From Candidatus Latescibacterota bacterium (GTDB lineage Bacteria; Latescibacterota; UBA2968; GCA-2709665), in contig CBDCOX010000002.1 of assembly GCA_965219995.1 (NCBI GenBank), positions 4,320,001 to 4,384,000 on the forward strand: 64,000 nt of DNA, given 5' to 3'. The translations under genes were made by a program, and so were the position numbers. The first letter of the stretch is position 1. Every line of letters starts with the position of its first letter. Positions 60,159 to 64,000 of this stretch are shown one piece after another. Under the pieces are notes generated by a model, which saw only the letters and a program-made list of their open reading frames with translations, did no database searches and had not been told where the DNA came from.

Positions 60159-60437
60159 ATGGATACGATGCACGAGTCTATCGAATTCCGCCCCCGCGGC
60201 CGAACGCTCGCCATGGGCGGTATCCCCTGGCTGCCGCGGATAACGGACAAAGCCCGGGCCATGCTGAGGAACAATATCGGCGACTACGTCTACCCCTGAC
60301 CCGCCGACAGGAAGTTCCTGGAGGAACTAGGCATACCGGAAGAAAAGTTCACGCGGATCGTCTCGGAATGTAAACTGGACGAGGAAGTCATCGAACGCGT
60401 CCGCCCCTATTTCGAGAAGTCCCGAAGTCGCCGATAA
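60159..60437 (+). CDS. DUF5069-like protein (92 aa) with in-frame UGA at codon 47; putative selenoprotein
   Basis: AAGGAG RBS. ...GGIPWLPRITDKARA...GDYVYP-TGA(60297-60299)-PADRKFLEELGI.EE.F...V......DEEV...V continues the family pattern to TAA 60437, then a terminator. Confidence 0.8.
60300..60332 (+). promoter_or_regulatory. Putative bacterial SECIS hairpin
   Basis: AGTTCC-TGGA-GGAACT (60313-60328), loop 19 nt after the UGA with G at loop position 2; possible lower pairing GCC/GGC. Confidence 0.6.
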
Positions 60438-60443
60438 GACAGG

Positions 60444-60478
60444 AAAGCCGCCGCGCAGCGCGGCGGCTTCGTATTTTT
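60444..60478 (+). terminator. Intrinsic terminator
   Basis: AAGCCGCCGCG-CAG-CGCGGCGGCTT followed by a T-rich tract. Confidence 0.75.
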
Positions 60479-60494
60479 CCACCCGATCGGAACG

Positions 60495-61430
60495 CTAACG
60501 CCTCCCGCCTTCCGGCAATGCCTGCCTGGCCAGCGCTCTGATCTCGCCTGACTCCATCCGAAGCAATCCGTCGATCCCGATCACGTCAGCCGCGATGAGC
60601 TGCGGACATTCCTGGGCAGCCAGATCGTATGCTTCTTCGACATCGTAGTTGACCCCTCTGTACCTGTAGAGATGGCCCAGGCTATCCAGCTGTCCACTGC
60701 GTCTGAGCGAATTGGTGACGCCCATCTTGAAGTAATATAACTGCCGGTCTCTCCTGTCTCCCCACCTCAACGTATCCGGCTCCGGGACATCCGCCATCGA
60801 TCGGTCGAGTTCCGCCTGAAAGGCGTCGATCTGGCCGTCGACCATCTCCAGCAGCCCCCGAAGGATTTCCCTGCGAGCGGCCTCTCTTTCGTCCTGGAGC
60901 ATATCCTGCAGCACCAGCGCTGCCTTTCCGTAAAACACGTAGCGTTCGCGCTTCCCCTCTCCGAACAGATCCATTTCAATGGCTTCGGCCTTACGCGCCA
61001 GGGCCTCCAGGTCGAGGGTATCGTCGCCCACGCCGGCATAGTCGTCGTCCCCGCGCGCTACCTGAATGCCCACCAGAAAGGCCTGCTCGACAACTTGCAT
61101 CATATTTTCGGCCGGATCGAATACCCGCAATTTCCCGGACGCTTTTCTTTCCGTGCGTACCGGATCCGCGGCAGGCGTAAACCCTCTTCCGATCAGTATC
61201 TGCTCAGCTTCTATACCCAGACGACCCAGCAGTTCACGGAGCACGCCGCTCAACACCGGATGCCGTGCAGTCGGCAGGAATTCACCCCGGTCCGCCACGA
61301 CGAGGTCCGCCATCTCGGACGCCAGCGCTTCGTCTCCCTCGGAATCGGCATTCTTTCGCACGTCCCGTGCGCGCGTCAGGCGGAAGACAATCACGAATAT
61401 CAACAGGACAGCCGCGACGACATAGACCAT
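60495..61430 (-). CDS. Hypothetical protein with an N-terminal membrane anchor
   Basis: 311-aa ORF with GGAG RBS and a hydrophobic N-terminus; no recognised motif. Confidence 0.7.
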   Translation of the reverse strand: MVYVVAAVLLIFVIVFRLTRARDVRKNADSEGDEALASEMADLVVADRGEFLPTARHPVLSGVLRELLGRLGIEAEQILIGRGFTPAADPVRTERKASGKLRVFDPAENMMQVVEQAFLVGIQVARGDDDYAGVGDDTLDLEALARKAEAIEMDLFGEGKRERYVFYGKAALVLQDMLQDEREAARREILRGLLEMVDGQIDAFQAELDRSMADVPEPDTLRWGDRRDRQLYYFKMGVTNSLRRSGQLDSLGHLYRYRGVNYDVEEAYDLAAQECPQLIAADVIGIDGLLRMESGEIRALARQALPEGGRR

Positions 61431-61449
61431 TTCAACCGTTCTCCGTTAA

Positions 61450-63147
61450 CTACGCACGGAACAACTCTCCCATGCGCCGGCCCAGGAACCGTCCGGCCAG
61501 AAAGAGGCTGAACATGAGAAGCAGCATTCCCAGCATGCCCATTGCGCTGGCAATATACGGTCCATCCGCAATTCTGCCCATCAGAGCGTAGATTGCTTTG
61601 GTGATCGGGTAATATTGCGCCTTCAATGCAAGGATCAGACTGTCGCTGACCTCCAGCATGGCGAAAGAAAAACAGAGAATGGACCCGGCGACCAGATTCG
61701 CCAGAATCAGCGGGAAGGTTATCTGCAATGTCGTCCGCAGGGGTGAGGCGCCCACGTTCCGGGCGGCCTCCTCGAGGGCGACGCTTGTTTGCTGGAATCC
61801 GGCATAGGCCGATCTGACCATATACGGCAGCCGTCTCACCGCGTATGCGATGACAAGCAACGGCACGGGATTGTGTCTTGCATCCAGAAAGGTTCCGGAA
61901 AACCCTGCCAGATATCCGAAGGCCAGCACCGGGCCCGGCAGGGCCAGGGGCAGCATCGCTACCGTATCCAGCGCGCCCCTTCCGGGGATACGGGTCCGGG
62001 AAAGCAGCCAGGCAATGGCAATCCCGAGTACCACGTCGCAGACCGTGCTGAGCGTACTCAACATCAGGCTCATTGTGACGCTGGGGCCGGCGATCGGATG
62101 CCGATATACCAGCGGGTAGTATTTGCCGGTAATCTCCTGGGGCCAGATCGACATGAACCAGCGTTCGGAGATCGAAGTCAGCAAAACACTCAGGTGAGGG
62201 ATCAGCGCAATGGCCGTCAACGAAATCATCAGTGCATAGATGAACGCGGTCATCCTGGTCGATGCCCGGCGGCTCGCGGATCCGACGTGTCCACGCGCCA
62301 CCATTTCGTACCGCTTTCCGCCCAGCAGGAGTTTGGAAAGGCAGAAAAACAGAACGGTCAGCAATAGCAGGAAAACCACAAGCGCGTACGCCATGGGGTT
62401 TTCGTTGATATCCGATATTGCATTGAAAATCTCAACCATGACCACCTGACGGTAGTTGAAAATCAGCGGTGTTCCCAGGTCCGTAAACGCCCAGATGAAG
62501 ACAATGATCGCGCCGGCGAAATATCCCGGCAACATCAGCGGAAACGTGACGGTTCGAAACAGCCTGAAACCGCGTGCGCCCATATTGCGGGCGGCCTCCT
62601 CGAGGCTGGGGTCGATATTCGCGAGCGCCGCGGCCACGTTCAGGAACATAATGGGATAGAGGTGCAACACCTGCAGAATGACCACACCCGCGAAGCCTCC
62701 CCCGAACCAATCGACGGGCTGGTCGACGATTCCCAATTCGAGCAACAACAGATTGATGGATCCGAATCGGGCGAACATCTGCTTCATCCCGATCGCGCCG
62801 ACGAACGGCGGGAGGACCATGGGCACCAGGATCAGACCGTTGAGGACATTTTTCCCCCTGAAGTCGTACCGTACCAGCAGGAATGCGACAGGCAGGGTCA
62901 GGAGTGTCGTTGCAACTGTGGTGAACATGCCCAGGCGGAAACTGTTCAGGATCATCTCACGATAGACGGGATTGCCTGCCATCAGCTCGAAAAAAACGAG
63001 CGAGATTTTTCCGTCCACCCACAGGGCTCGAACAACTGCATACCACAGCGGATAGAACAGAAAGCAGACGAAAAAGGCAAACATGCCCGCCAGAAACAGG
63101 ATTCTGGGGCCGTTCAGGTCGTATCGATCAAGTAGCGCTGTCTTCAC
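61450..63147 (-). CDS. Iron(III)/thiamine-type ABC permease (FbpB-like, duplicated domain)
   Basis: Two LEEAARN.GA EAA loops and about 12 TM helices. Confidence 0.88.
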   Translation of the reverse strand: MKTALLDRYDLNGPRILFLAGMFAFFVCFLFYPLWYAVVRALWVDGKISLVFFELMAGNPVYREMILNSFRLGMFTTVATTLLTLPVAFLLVRYDFRGKNVLNGLILVPMVLPPFVGAIGMKQMFARFGSINLLLLELGIVDQPVDWFGGGFAGVVILQVLHLYPIMFLNVAAALANIDPSLEEAARNMGARGFRLFRTVTFPLMLPGYFAGAIIVFIWAFTDLGTPLIFNYRQVVMVEIFNAISDINENPMAYALVVFLLLLTVLFFCLSKLLLGGKRYEMVARGHVGSASRRASTRMTAFIYALMISLTAIALIPHLSVLLTSISERWFMSIWPQEITGKYYPLVYRHPIAGPSVTMSLMLSTLSTVCDVVLGIAIAWLLSRTRIPGRGALDTVAMLPLALPGPVLAFGYLAGFSGTFLDARHNPVPLLVIAYAVRRLPYMVRSAYAGFQQTSVALEEAARNVGASPLRTTLQITFPLILANLVAGSILCFSFAMLEVSDSLILALKAQYYPITKAIYALMGRIADGPYIASAMGMLGMLLLMFSLFLAGRFLGRRMGELFRA

Positions 63148-64000
63148 CGTCGTCCTTCAGAATTGTAATCGCGTCGTGGGCGAAACGGATGCTTACACGA
63201 TCGTCAGGAAACGCTTTCTGAACCAGCGGATGGCCGTCGACCAGTTTCACCCGTGTCCCGTCGGGCAGGTCCAGAACATACTGTTCCGTCTCGCCCAGAT
63301 AGACCGTGTTCCGGATCGTTCCGGTGACGACGTGGTCTGCCTCGTCCGGTCGCCCTTCAAGGAAGTCCATGGCTTCCGGGCGGATGGCGCATAACACGCG
63401 GTCGTCTTTCCGGATGCCGTCGTAGCCCGGCCGGCCATACAGAATCCCGACAGGCGTCTCCACCCCGATTTTCTCGCCCAACCGAACGACCCGCCCCGAA
63501 ATCAGATTGATTTCGCCGATGAAATCCGCGACAAACCGGTTGGCCGGCTGTGAATACAACGTCCTTGGCGCCCCCGACTGCACCACGCGCCCGGCGTTCA
63601 TCACGGCGACGCGGTCGGCCATCGCAAGCGCCTCTTTCTGATCGTGCGTCACGTAAATCATGGTAACGCCAAGGCCTCGATGAAGCGCCTGGATCTGCTC
63701 TCGCATCTCCAGCCGCAGACGGGCGTCGAGATTGGAGAGCGGTTCGTCCAGCAAGACCACGTCGGGTTCGATTACCAGCGCCCGCGCCAGCGCCACCCGC
63801 TGCTGCTGCCCGCCCGACAACTGGTTCGGGGACCGGTCCCGGTAGGCTTCCATCCGGACCATCTGCAACGCCCGCAGGATGCGTTCAGTGCGTTCATGCA
63901 GCGCGACGTTGCGCATGGAAAGGCCGTACTCCACGTTCTGCCAGACCGTCATATGCGGCCAAAGGGCGTAGTTCTGAAAGACCATTCCCGTGTTGCGCTT
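63128..64000 (-). CDS. ABC ATP-binding protein (FbpC/PotA-like), 5' end beyond right edge
   Basis: [33 protein letters not shown]-like tail; Walker A lies outside the window. Confidence 0.9.
   Translation of the reverse strand, partial: KRNTGMVFQNYALWPHMTVWQNVEYGLSMRNVALHERTERILRALQMVRMEAYRDRSPNQLSGGQQQRVALARALVIEPDVVLLDEPLSNLDARLRLEMREQIQALHRGLGVTMIYVTHDQKEALAMADRVAVMNAGRVVQSGAPRTLYSQPANRFVADFIGEINLISGRVVRLGEKIGVETPVGILYGRPGYDGIRKDDRVLCAIRPEAMDFLEGRPDEADHVVTGTIRNTVYLGETEQYVLDLPDGTRVKLVDGHPLVQKAFPDDRVSIRFAHDAITILKDDGEDSAT

Noticed and set aside
60093-60299. 68-aa ORF or pseudogene ending at TGA
   Set aside because: The start with an RBS is 60159 and the family pattern continues past the TGA, so recoding is favoured (pseudogene not fully excluded).

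Overview
GC-rich bacterial window with two parts. The accessory left half (1-38 kb, almost all minus strand) holds two giant repeat-rich surface proteins. One is >2500 aa, runs off the left edge and is absent from the ORF track; the other is a ~3300-aa autotransporter-like protein. They share a paralogous sigma54 promoter/enhancer module and a collinear 55-aa signal peptide, and lie downstream of a 4xPAS histidine kinase and a sigma54 activator. Also here are a 610-bp-period array of five paralogous lipoproteins, a related three-domain protein between direct repeats, a second sigma54 two-component system before a lipid-modification gene pair, and an ABC-2 exporter with a candidate leader-peptide attenuator. 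The housekeeping right half has a lactonase, SPOR-mltD-mreD-mrdA-rodA, dnaE, aroA, M48/ldcA/mpl-like genes, an epimerase, fused glyQS, rsmD and an iron-type ABC transporter. It also has a small DUF5069-like gene with an in-frame UGA at the family Cys position followed by a SECIS-like hairpin (candidate selenoprotein). All family names come from motif recognition by eye; no searches were run.
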